Assembly: GCA_043819075.1 (NCBI GenBank)
Contig: JBDRFE010000073.1
Span: forward strand, 1 to 45,034
DNA length: 45,034 nt
Source of the DNA: an archaeon
Lineage (GTDB): Archaea > Iainarchaeota > Iainarchaeia > Iainarchaeales > 1-14-0-10-31-34
Direction of reading: 5' to 3'
Part shown: positions 1 through 7,996 of the stretch, one piece after another
How the letters are laid out: the number at the start of each line of letters is the position of its first letter
How positions within the stretch are numbered: the first letter of the stretch is position 1
The notes under the pieces: model-generated
What the model saw: the letters and a program-made list of their open reading frames with translations, nothing else
The model's database searches: none
Told to the model about the DNA's origin: nothing
Position numbers and translations under genes: made by a program

Positions 1-1
1 G

Positions 2-1909
2 GAACTGAAATTAAAGGTTCCAAAAGAATCAGATTTTTTGTTTAAGTGCGCTGAATGGAATTACTATGAAAAAAAATGTGATGGAAGCTGGAATAAAATA
101 ATGGATTTATCCAACGAACAAACTGTTTCAATTCCTTTTACTCCTTTAGATCCTGGTTATGGTTTTGCAAAAAAAGAAAATTTAATTTCTTTTGACAGAC
201 TATTTGAATGCCCTAAATGCGGCCAGCACAAGGTTCCGCCTTTGACTACAGTTACAATGACTATTACAGCAGAAACACAAGAATTTTATGAGAATGCAGT
301 TTTAACTGAATTTTTTCCAGTTGAATGGCAAATAGTTTTAGAAAACGGAGGAATTGTTTCAGATCATAATTCAGAATTCAAGAAAATTGAATGGATTGTA
401 GGGAATTTCACTGGAACACTAACACAGACTTACCAAATTTTTTCTCCTGAAAGAACTATTCCGCCGACAGACTATTATTTTTTCACTTCAATTGGAGACG
501 AAAATTCTGATTACTGGACAATTAAAGTAGCTGACCCAACTGTTTTCCTGCAAACCTGTGTTGCAAATGATGCTGCTCCAACAGAAGAAACTTGGGCTGA
601 TGCTTGCGATGGCGGAGCAGATGCAACAAATGATTTCCTTAATTCAGATGACGGGGACATTGAAGTCCAGTCGACAACAAAAAACAAGTATGCTGGATTG
701 AAAATTACAGCAAATAACTGGGGTGTCAGTGACTGCGTTTCAATAACCAATGTAACTCTTTACTATAAATGGTGGGGAACGATTGCAGCAGACACAGTAC
801 ATTATATTGCGGTAAGCGATGATGGTTCAACCTGGTTTAATGCAGTTACTGCAGTTAACCCTACTTCAGAACCAGGAAGTGTTTCAAATGTAGATGCAAC
901 AAGCATTGGGGTAACCTGGGACTGCGCTGATTTTGGTGCAGGAGGGGCGGCAATAAAAACAAACATTAGAGACAACGGTTTAACAGGGGCTTATTCATGG
1001 GATGTACTTTATTTAGATGTAACTTATACCCCAAAAGGGACTCTTTCTTTTGCAATAAATAATCCTTCAGCAGACAACAATGTTTCAATTAATGAAAACG
1101 AAAACTTTTTGGTTAATGGAACAACAACCTGTAATACAAATAATTGCGGAACAGTTGACACTAATTTACAATATTGTGTTGGAGCAAGCTGTTCAACCTG
1201 GTATGACATGAATACAGCAAATGATTCCCCTTTATATCTTGTTTCCGGAGCCAATCCCCAAAGCTCTGCATTAAATGCAGGAGAAAACTATGCTGTTTCC
1301 TGGGCTGTTAATGCAAATATTGATAACACCTATGAATTAAGGTTTTCTGCTACAGGAACAACTGCCACTGCAAACACAAGCAGCGGAACAGACAGAACAA
1401 TTACAGTTCAGGCTGCGGCAGCAGATTATACTTTTACTGTTTTACTGCCTTCTTCTGGCTGCACTCAAGGAAAAGGAAGCTATGATGCAGGAACAGACTG
1501 CGAAAGAGGTTATTTTGAGACAACAGATTTGGCTGGATTGGCTGACGAAACAGAAGTTGACGCACAAGGACAGGTTTCAGACGGATTAGGAAGCGATATT
1601 GCTTTCATTGTCTATGACAACCAAAGTACTGCAAGCAATGACATGAATTTTGATATTGACTTGAATGCAGCACTGCCTGCAACACTAAAACTAAAGGTTT
1701 CACAGATCTGGAATGGATGGGAGGCAAGCTGTTCAGGCAATGCCCAAACAGGCTGCATTGATGTTACTGCAACCCCGGCAAACATTGGAACAGCAGTTTA
1801 TTCAACTGGCACACACGACTTGAATTTATTTGTCTGGGGAGACTTTATTGGCGCCGGAGTGTTAGGCGAAGACAGGAATTTTTACAGTGCCAGCAAAGCC
1901 TCAACATAA
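2..1909 (+). CDS. Large multidomain surface protein, 5'-truncated by the window; candidate pilus tip adhesin with a C-terminal pilin-like domain
   Basis: The frame is open from nt 2 (ELKLKVPKESDFLFKC...), so the TTG at 38 is probably not the real start. Thr/Asn/Ala/Cys-rich beta-sandwich-like domains. The C-terminal ~160 aa (from nt 1424) align by eye with the 2755..3387 protein: GWEASCS/GWEANCS, VWGDFIG/FSGDFNG, LKLKV/IVLKA. Confidence 0.8.
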   Translation, partial: ELKLKVPKESDFLFKCAEWNYYEKKCDGSWNKIMDLSNEQTVSIPFTPLDPGYGFAKKENLISFDRLFECPKCGQHKVPPLTTVTMTITAETQEFYENAVLTEFFPVEWQIVLENGGIVSDHNSEFKKIEWIVGNFTGTLTQTYQIFSPERTIPPTDYYFFTSIGDENSDYWTIKVADPTVFLQTCVANDAAPTEETWADACDGGADATNDFLNSDDGDIEVQSTTKNKYAGLKITANNWGVSDCVSITNVTLYYKWWGTIAADTVHYIAVSDDGSTWFNAVTAVNPTSEPGSVSNVDATSIGVTWDCADFGAGGAAIKTNIRDNGLTGAYSWDVLYLDVTYTPKGTLSFAINNPSADNNVSINENENFLVNGTTTCNTNNCGTVDTNLQYCVGASCSTWYDMNTANDSPLYLVSGANPQSSALNAGENYAVSWAVNANIDNTYELRFSATGTTATANTSSGTDRTITVQAAAADYTFTVLLPSSGCTQGKGSYDAGTDCERGYFETTDLAGLADETEVDAQGQVSDGLGSDIAFIVYDNQSTASNDMNFDIDLNAALPATLKLKVSQIWNGWEASCSGNAQTGCIDVTATPANIGTAVYSTGTHDLNLFVWGDFIGAGVLGEDRNFYSASKAST

Positions 1910-1927
1910 AAAAAAAAGTGAAAAAAA

Positions 1928-2686
1928 ATGAATAAAAAAATTGTTTTTGTTGCAGGAATTATTGTAATCTTGGTTTTATCTGCAATTTTTTTTGCTGGAA
2001 AAGAAGATGAAGCAGAAAAAGAATCAAAAGAATCTGCCAAAGAAACAAACCTTTTATTAATGCAAAGAGAAAGTTATGGGATTTCTTCTGCGGTTTTCTC
2101 TGAACTGCCTGTTCCTCCTTCTGATTTCAATAAAATTGTTTCTTTGTTTCATCAGGGAAAATTCAGCGACGAACTCTTTTTTTCTGAAAAATATTTTTCC
2201 CAGCCTGAATTCTATCCATCTTTTTTAGGGAATGGCCTGAATTACTGGCAGAATCCATCCACAACCCATTACGGCGCATATGGTTACGGCTCTTATCCGA
2301 TAAAAAAAACTGTTGTTATTAAAGCAGGGGAAAAAATTAAAGCAAAGTTTTTTGTTCATTCAGGTTACGGGGTAAGGTCTTTTCAGGGAATTCAATTAAA
2401 TGCTGTTACAGAATACAAAAATTTTTTTCTGGTTTCAATTAAAGACCCTGTTTTTTTGCTTGAACCAAATTTCCCTAAATTCAGAAAAGAATGGGCTAAA
2501 GAAGTTGAACTGAACATTGAAGCAAAAGAAAAAACTCCTGAAGGAATGTATGAGGTAAAGGTTTTTGTTTCTTCTCCTCCGGAAGAATTCAGCTATAAAT
2601 GGAGCAAAGAACATGAAAAATATTTTGATGCAGCAGAATTTTCAACAGGCAAAGAATTATATGAATTGAAGATAATTGTGGAATAA
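1928..2686 (+). CDS. Membrane-anchored Ig-like hypothetical protein, paralog of 3478..4431 (candidate pilus assembly chaperone 1)
   Basis: N-terminal hydrophobic helix. Motifs shared with 3478..4431: ELPxxPxDF, YFxQPEFYPxF, GYGSYP, GYGVxxxQG, FLLxPxFPKFxKxWA, TPxGxY. Confidence 0.85.
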   Translation: MNKKIVFVAGIIVILVLSAIFFAGKEDEAEKESKESAKETNLLLMQRESYGISSAVFSELPVPPSDFNKIVSLFHQGKFSDELFFSEKYFSQPEFYPSFLGNGLNYWQNPSTTHYGAYGYGSYPIKKTVVIKAGEKIKAKFFVHSGYGVRSFQGIQLNAVTEYKNFFLVSIKDPVFLLEPNFPKFRKEWAKEVELNIEAKEKTPEGMYEVKVFVSSPPEEFSYKWSKEHEKYFDAAEFSTGKELYELKIIVE

Positions 2687-2690
2687 AAAG

Positions 2691-2747
2691 CGAAAAGATT
2701 ATTAATAACATTTCTCATATTTTAGTGAAGTTATATTTTCAGGGTGA
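2691..2747 (+). promoter_or_regulatory. Putative BRE/TATA promoter and strong Shine-Dalgarno for the small pilin-like gene
   Basis: CGAAAA (2691-2696), then TTATTAATA (2699-2707). GGGTGA (2742-2747) lies 7 nt before the ATG at 2755. Confidence 0.5.
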
Positions 2748-2754
2748 TAAAAAA

Positions 2755-3387
2755 ATGAATTTGAGAAAAATTGCTTTTGTTGGAATAATAACAATGTTTT
2801 TTGCTTTAATTGTTTATGCCGCTGTAGAGAATAACACTACAATGACTTGGGTTGTTCCATCAAATGTAAGCCATACATTAACTTATGCCGGAACGTGCAG
2901 CACAAGTAATTTTTATTTTGTTGAAGACCAATGCACTTTAGATTCAGATGTTGATGGAAATGGTTCACAATGCTTGCCTCAAACAACTTCAGCCGGAGGA
3001 ACTGCTTGCCAGGATGCATCTACTGCAGCAATAACAATTACAAACAACGGAAATGTTGCAATTAATGTTGATGGAAACTTTACAGCAGATTTTGCTGGAA
3101 ATGATGTTAATATTGTTTTAAAGGCCTGGATGGGAACAGGAGCAGGCTGTGGAACAAGCGGTTTAGGGGGATGGGAAGCAAATTGTTCTGTCACAGCAGC
3201 AGGAAACCCTGTAACTACTACAACCTGCAGAAATTACAATCAATTCAATGAAACCACTGCTGGAAGGCTTGTCAGCGCACTTGCAGTAAGCGATACAAAC
3301 CAAATGTGTTTTTCAGGAGACTTTAACGGAGGAATGACTCAAGGAAGCCATGCAGTGACTTATAGGACAACTTCTCCTGCAAGTTAA
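2755..3387 (+). CDS. Secreted Cys-rich 210-aa beta protein; candidate major pilin/fibre subunit
   Basis: ATG at 2755 with SD. Sec signal MNLRKIAFVGIITMFFALIVYA|A. Eight Cys, an ITITNNGNVAINV strand, and no membrane anchor. Confidence 0.85.
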   Translation: MNLRKIAFVGIITMFFALIVYAAVENNTTMTWVVPSNVSHTLTYAGTCSTSNFYFVEDQCTLDSDVDGNGSQCLPQTTSAGGTACQDASTAAITITNNGNVAINVDGNFTADFAGNDVNIVLKAWMGTGAGCGTSGLGGWEANCSVTAAGNPVTTTTCRNYNQFNETTAGRLVSALAVSDTNQMCFSGDFNGGMTQGSHAVTYRTTSPAS

Positions 3388-3396
3388 ATCCCCCCC

Positions 3397-3415
3397 TTTT
3401 CTTTTTTTATTTTTT
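3397..3415 (+). terminator. Oligo-T archaeal terminator after the pilin-like gene
   Basis: TTTTCTTTTTTTATTTTTT starts 10 nt after the stop codon. Confidence 0.55.
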
Positions 3416-3477
3416 AAATGCATTACTTAAAATACTTTTTTATTCATAATTTGTTTAATTTTTCGGGGGCGGCATAA

Positions 3478-4431
3478 ATGGCAGAAGCTGAAAATAAAAA
3501 AAGTTTTATTTCAAATAAATTTCTTGGCGGAATTATTGTTGTATTAGCTGTTTTAGTTATATTTTTTGCTTTAAATCAACAAAATGTTTCAAATAACCCT
3601 TTAGTTATTTTGCCTGAAGCAGAAGAAAAAGAGCTAACAGAACTTTATGAAAAAAATCAAGTTGAAATAACCCCTTCTTCTTATGCAGTAAGACAACAGT
3701 ATTTTGAAGAAGCATTTAAGCCAAAAAGAGATACATATGATTTGTTTGAGAAAGCAGCAGATTATTTGCAAATTCCTTTAGAATATGTCCCAGAATATTT
3801 TACTTTGAATTCAGAGAAAGACGTTTTTAATGAATTGCCTCCAGTTCCAAATGATTTCAGTGAAGTAGCTTATCTTTTGGCTACAGGAAGAAATTATGCA
3901 TTAGGGCCTATTACAGAAGAATATTTTTTGCAGCCAGAATTTTATCCTAATTTTAAGGAAAGTGGATTAAAGTACTGGAGTGAACCAGACCCAAAATATT
4001 GGGCTACAAATGGTTATGGAAGCTATCCTGCAGAACAATTTGATGTTTTAAGTCATTCAGGAAGAACTGAATTTTATTCAGTGGTTTTTTTCTATACAGG
4101 ATACGGAGTTCAAACTTACCAGGGAGCACACTTAATTCCAACTTCAAATACACTAAAATACTTTGATGTAGATGTTTCTCCAGATACTTTTCTTTTAACT
4201 CCTACTTTTCCAAAATTTAGCAAGAATTGGGCTTATAAAATCACCATAAACGGAAAAGTTAAACCTGATACTCCTGCAGGAGAGTATACAATAGGATTTT
4301 TAATTGTTGACCCTCCAATAGAAAAAAGGAATGAATGGGCTAAAGAATACAGAAATCTTTACTTTAATGCTGCAACAGTTATTAGTCCCTCAAACTTCCC
4401 AATTACTTTAAACATAACCGTTGAAGAATAA
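3478..4431 (+). CDS. Membrane-anchored Ig-like hypothetical protein, paralog of 1928..2686 (candidate pilus assembly chaperone 2)
   Basis: N-terminal TM (FLGGIIVVLAVLVIFFAL), the same motif series as 1928..2686, and a longer helical stalk. Confidence 0.85.
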   Translation: MAEAENKKSFISNKFLGGIIVVLAVLVIFFALNQQNVSNNPLVILPEAEEKELTELYEKNQVEITPSSYAVRQQYFEEAFKPKRDTYDLFEKAADYLQIPLEYVPEYFTLNSEKDVFNELPPVPNDFSEVAYLLATGRNYALGPITEEYFLQPEFYPNFKESGLKYWSEPDPKYWATNGYGSYPAEQFDVLSHSGRTEFYSVVFFYTGYGVQTYQGAHLIPTSNTLKYFDVDVSPDTFLLTPTFPKFSKNWAYKITINGKVKPDTPAGEYTIGFLIVDPPIEKRNEWAKEYRNLYFNAATVISPSNFPITLNITVEE

Positions 4432-4480
4432 TATAAAAATTTATTTTTCAACTATTCTTCTTTTTTTTCTGTTTTTTGTT

Positions 4481-4577
4481 CACTAACAAAATTTTGATTT
4501 TGTTGTGCACTCAAAATTTTAGTTTGAGTTGCAACCTTTTGTTTTGTTAAACCTTTTTCTAAAAGGTTTGAAGGTTG
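4481..4577. repeat. Cluster of three inverted repeats (REP-like or structured intergenic element)
   Basis: AACAAAAT/ATTTTGTT (4485-4492/4497-4504), ACTCAAA/TTTGAGT (4509-4515/4523-4529), and AAACCTTTT/AAAAGGTTT (4549-4557/4561-4569) nested inside CAACCTT/AAGGTTG (4532-4538/4571-4577). Confidence 0.65.
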
Positions 4578-4626
4578 TTTTGTTTAACCCTAACATTAAT
4601 ATTTTTTAATGCAATATTTATTACGC

Positions 4627-6486
4627 ATGCAAAAATCTTTGGGAATATTTGTTTTGTTAACTGTTCTTGTTTTTCTGTTTAGTTCAGTTTTTGGTTTGGT
4701 TCAGAGTTCAAATAGTTTAACTTGGGTTACCCAAAACGATACAACCATTACAGCAACATTTACTGCCACAAGATGCATGAACAGCAGTGGAACACAAGAG
4801 CTTAATGTCAAAGTATTCAAATGGCCTACAGGAAGAGCTGATGCCAATGCAACAGTAACTGCAACAGTTAATGAAGCAGACGGAGACACAAACAGCATTA
4901 CGTTCAATAACCAAGGCGACGGAAATTATTCTTTTACTTATACTTTTGATGCAAACGGAACATACAAGTTCCAGATTAATGCAGCAGACAGTAATATTAG
5001 TGCTTCATATGACCTGAATGACTATATTTATGTAAGGGATTTTTCAATAAATGTTTCTTTCTTAAACAATAACGCTGAATACAGTGCAGGCAACACTGTT
5101 ACAATAAGAAATTATGTAATAAATGACGACGGAAATGCATTCAATGACTTGAATAGCAGCATTAATGTTTTTTACCCTGATTCAAGTTCACTGCATTCAA
5201 ACCAGGAAATGACCGGAATAGGGAACGGTGAATACATTTTTTCTTTTGTTGCTCCCTCCACTACCGGAACTTATTCCGCGACATCAACTTTTTCCTGTGG
5301 CAATGAAAGTGATTCAAACAGTTCAGGAAGGTTTACTGTTCCTGCTGTTTCAACTCCTTCAGGTGATACAGGAGGCACTGGAGGCGGCGGGGGCGGAGGC
5401 GGCGGGGGAAGCATCGGAAGCGAAAAATTAAAAGCCTCAATCAAAGATTTTAGTTTAGAGCCGCTTGAAGTTGGTGTTGCTGCAAGTGCATGGGTTTCTT
5501 TTGCAAATGAAATGCTCAGAACAAAAGACTTTTTAGTCAAAATTCAGATACTCAGGGGGGAAAATCTTGTTTTTTATTCTGAAGAAACAATTCCTTTAGT
5601 TAATGCAAGAAAAACAGCTGAAGCGTTTTTTTCAGAGAAATGGGTTCCAAAAACTGCTGGAACACATATAGTCACTGTTGTCCTTTCATCTCCTGACAAA
5701 ATGATTAAATACGATGAAAATGTTTTCAGGTATGATATTGCAGGAGAACCAAGGTATGACCTGGAGGCAATCTGCCCTGATATTTCAGCGACCTCAGGAA
5801 TGCCTTATGACTTTAATATTGTTGCATATAATCTTGGAGACTACTATGAGGACGTGGAATTAAGCTGGTGGATTGAAGACAGCAAACAGCAAAAAATTGG
5901 TTTTTCTTCCACTCCTGTAGCGGTTTTTCCAGGCGAATCAATTAAAAAAACTGTTTCAGTTTTTATTCCGACAAATGTTTCTCCAGGAGTTTACACTGCA
6001 AGGGTAAACCTTTTATTCAAGGAAGTGGAAAGAAATGCATTCTGTTCTTTTACACTGAAAAGCCCTAAAGTTTATTACGGCGAACTTCTAGCTGAACTTG
6101 AATCAGAAATTGCAAAACTAGAAGAAGAACTTAAAGTAAAAGAAGGACAGGGGGTTGTTGTTGATTACATTGTTGAAAAACTAAACAAACTTAAAGGAAA
6201 AATGATTTTGCTGAAAGAAAAAGCAGGAAACTATGATTATGAAAACCTGAATGAAGGGATAACAGAAGTTTTTGCTGAAATAAATGACTTGAAGAATTTA
6301 ACCGCAACAGTTGAAAGAGAAGCTGCAATAAACTTAACGGAAATCATAAGAATGGGAGCTGTTGTTGTAGGCACAATATTTTTAATATATATAATTAACT
6401 TATTATACAAGCACTTAAAAACAAGAAAGAAAAAAACGCCTTGGATTGAGAAAAAGATTGAAAGGCTTTTGGGGCTGGAGGGGTAA
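4627..6486 (+). CDS. Secreted, C-terminally membrane-anchored multi-Ig-domain protein; candidate pilus base/anchor
   Basis: Signal peptide ending SSVFG|L (ATG 4627 preferred over 4609). Ig-like repeats (GDGNYSFTY, GNGEYIFSF), a poly-Gly linker, CARDB-like domains, a coiled coil, a TM helix and a basic tail. Confidence 0.85.
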   Translation: MQKSLGIFVLLTVLVFLFSSVFGLVQSSNSLTWVTQNDTTITATFTATRCMNSSGTQELNVKVFKWPTGRADANATVTATVNEADGDTNSITFNNQGDGNYSFTYTFDANGTYKFQINAADSNISASYDLNDYIYVRDFSINVSFLNNNAEYSAGNTVTIRNYVINDDGNAFNDLNSSINVFYPDSSSLHSNQEMTGIGNGEYIFSFVAPSTTGTYSATSTFSCGNESDSNSSGRFTVPAVSTPSGDTGGTGGGGGGGGGGSIGSEKLKASIKDFSLEPLEVGVAASAWVSFANEMLRTKDFLVKIQILRGENLVFYSEETIPLVNARKTAEAFFSEKWVPKTAGTHIVTVVLSSPDKMIKYDENVFRYDIAGEPRYDLEAICPDISATSGMPYDFNIVAYNLGDYYEDVELSWWIEDSKQQKIGFSSTPVAVFPGESIKKTVSVFIPTNVSPGVYTARVNLLFKEVERNAFCSFTLKSPKVYYGELLAELESEIAKLEEELKVKEGQGVVVDYIVEKLNKLKGKMILLKEKAGNYDYENLNEGITEVFAEINDLKNLTATVEREAAINLTEIIRMGAVVVGTIFLIYIINLLYKHLKTRKKKTPWIEKKIERLLGLEG

Positions 6487-6489
6487 AAA

Positions 6490-6777
6490 ATGATTTCAAT
6501 TGAATCAATCATTGTGGTTGCAGGGTATGTTTTGCTTGCCGTAGTGCTGATTTTTTTTTACAGGTTTTCGAACAAGGTTTTAATAAAAAAAATTGTTGAA
6601 CTGAAAAAAGAAGAGCACAGGCTGGAAAAGCTTATTGACAAAATAAATAAAGCAAGAATGAGGGAAAGCAGGCAAATAAAAAAAAGAATTGAAGAAATAG
6701 AAGAACAAATAGGGTCTGCTGCTCCAGAAGAAGAAAAAGAGCTTGCAGAAGAAAAAGTTTTTGTCAGAAGAAGATAA
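6490..6777 (+). CDS. Small single-pass membrane protein with a charged coiled coil
   Basis: Starts 3 nt after the previous stop. N-terminal TM followed by a Lys/Glu heptad-like region. Confidence 0.75.
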   Translation: MISIESIIVVAGYVLLAVVLIFFYRFSNKVLIKKIVELKKEEHRLEKLIDKINKARMRESRQIKKRIEEIEEQIGSAAPEEEKELAEEKVFVRRR

Positions 6778-6780
6778 TGT

Positions 6781-7053
6781 TTACCTGATGTAAGTTTTGT
6801 GGTTGATTACTACCCAAACAAAAGTTACAATTAACTGGACGAGATAGGCTATTTCTTCAAAAGCGCTTTCCATTGGATCCAGACAGCAGACAGTAACTGA
6901 ATGGCTTACTTTTCCAAACCAAATAGTTAAACTGCTTGGATTAGAAATCACTAATAAATGGAATAGTTCATGGGTAATGAAACCCAGAAATATTGCCGCC
7001 AGCATCACTGAAGCAAAAGCCGGAATGTCAATTTGCTGGATTCTTTTACTCAT
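6781..7053 (-). CDS. Small membrane protein with an HExxH motif (possible minimal zinc metallopeptidase)
   Basis: ATG 7053 overlaps the upstream stop (ATGAGTAA). Sequence GFITHELFH...CC...FEEIAY with two TM segments. Confidence 0.65.
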   Translation of the reverse strand: MSKRIQQIDIPAFASVMLAAIFLGFITHELFHLLVISNPSSLTIWFGKVSHSVTVCCLDPMESAFEEIAYLVQLIVTFVWVVINHKTYIR

Positions 7054-7273
7054 TTTTTTCATATCCCTTAACTTGTTTAAAGTAATACCATAAAACCACA
7101 ATAAGCAAAACCCCGCCGATTAAAATCAGGTGATGGTACTGAATTGGATACCCTAATTCTGATTCACTTAATGTAGTGTAACCCTGAGAAGAAGGCGCTG
7201 GGCTGACAAAAAGAACACTGGCAAACAAAATAATTGTTGATGCCAGCAAAACAATGAAAGGCTTTTTCTCCAA
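7046..7273 (-). CDS. Small two-TM or signal+TM hypothetical protein
   Basis: 75 aa with two hydrophobic segments; tightly packed in the operon. Confidence 0.7.
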   Translation of the reverse strand: MEKKPFIVLLASTIILFASVLFVSPAPSSQGYTTLSESELGYPIQYHHLILIGGVLLIVVLWYYFKQVKGYEKNE

Positions 7274-7277
7274 GCAT

Positions 7278-7634
7278 TCACCCTTTAATTAAATTCCTTG
7301 ATTTGGCGCTCTGATAAAACCTGTTAAAGCCAAATGCAATAAAAAGGCTTCCAAACAAACAAGCTGCCATTGCAAAATAGCGCAATCCAAAAGGAGGATT
7401 CAAGGAAATTGTTTTGTAGAGAAAAACAAAGCTTACAAAAATAAATCCAGTTGAACCTACTGCAATCAACAAAGGAGCCAAAAACAATGCTGTTTTTGGC
7501 ACAAACTTACAGCCTGCTTTTTCTTTGCATAATTCATGAAACATTGCTGCAATTTTTATGAAAGAAACCGCAAAAAGGAACATTCCGCCAAAATAAAACA
7601 AGAAAGCAGTTATGCTTAACGCATTAAGAGGCAT
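7278..7634 (-). CDS. Hypothetical 3-TM membrane protein
   Basis: Likely start ATG 7634 (MPLNALS), overlapping the upstream gene by 11 nt. Three hydrophobic helices and a Cys-containing loop. Confidence 0.7.
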   Translation of the reverse strand: MPLNALSITAFLFYFGGMFLFAVSFIKIAAMFHELCKEKAGCKFVPKTALFLAPLLIAVGSTGFIFVSFVFLYKTISLNPPFGLRYFAMAACLFGSLFIAFGFNRFYQSAKSRNLIKG

Positions 7635-7959
7635 TAAAAACCCTCCTGTATTCGCCGACAACACGGGCAATTAGCCTGTAAAACAGGATTCCTGAAACAA
7701 GCAGCAAAAAGTTTGAAAAAACAACTAATTCATAAAACGAAAGATCCAAAGAATAAACGCTGATGAAAAACCAAAGCAGCCTGTAGGCAAAAAAAAACAG
7801 AATTACAGGCAGAATATCTTTTTTAGTGAACTCTGTTTTAGACAATTCAGGACAGCAGTTCATCAATTTCATTAAAACAAAAAAAACAAAAACCAATACA
7901 GCAACATCAGCAAAGCCAAGCAAATTTGTCATTATTTGGGCAATGGAAAAGTCAGGCAT
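7624..7959 (-). CDS. Hypothetical 3-TM membrane protein
   Basis: Likely start ATG 7959 (MPDFS). Three hydrophobic helices with CC in the first loop. Confidence 0.7.
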   Translation of the reverse strand: MPDFSIAQIMTNLLGFADVAVLVFVFFVLMKLMNCCPELSKTEFTKKDILPVILFFFAYRLLWFFISVYSLDLSFYELVVFSNFLLLVSGILFYRLIARVVGEYRRVFNAS

Positions 7960-7996
7960 TATAAGAATAAGATGCACTTAAATATTAATGTTTTGC

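Noticed and set aside
2755-3387. Type IV pilin or archaellin identity for the small secreted protein
   Set aside because: There is no class III signal peptide (K/R-G followed by a retained hydrophobic helix), the hydrophobic segment precedes an SPI-like site, and no ATPase or TadC gene is nearby.
5228-5540. Poly-Pro antisense ORF and alternate-frame ORF
   Set aside because: Both are shadows of the poly-Gly linker in 4627..6486.
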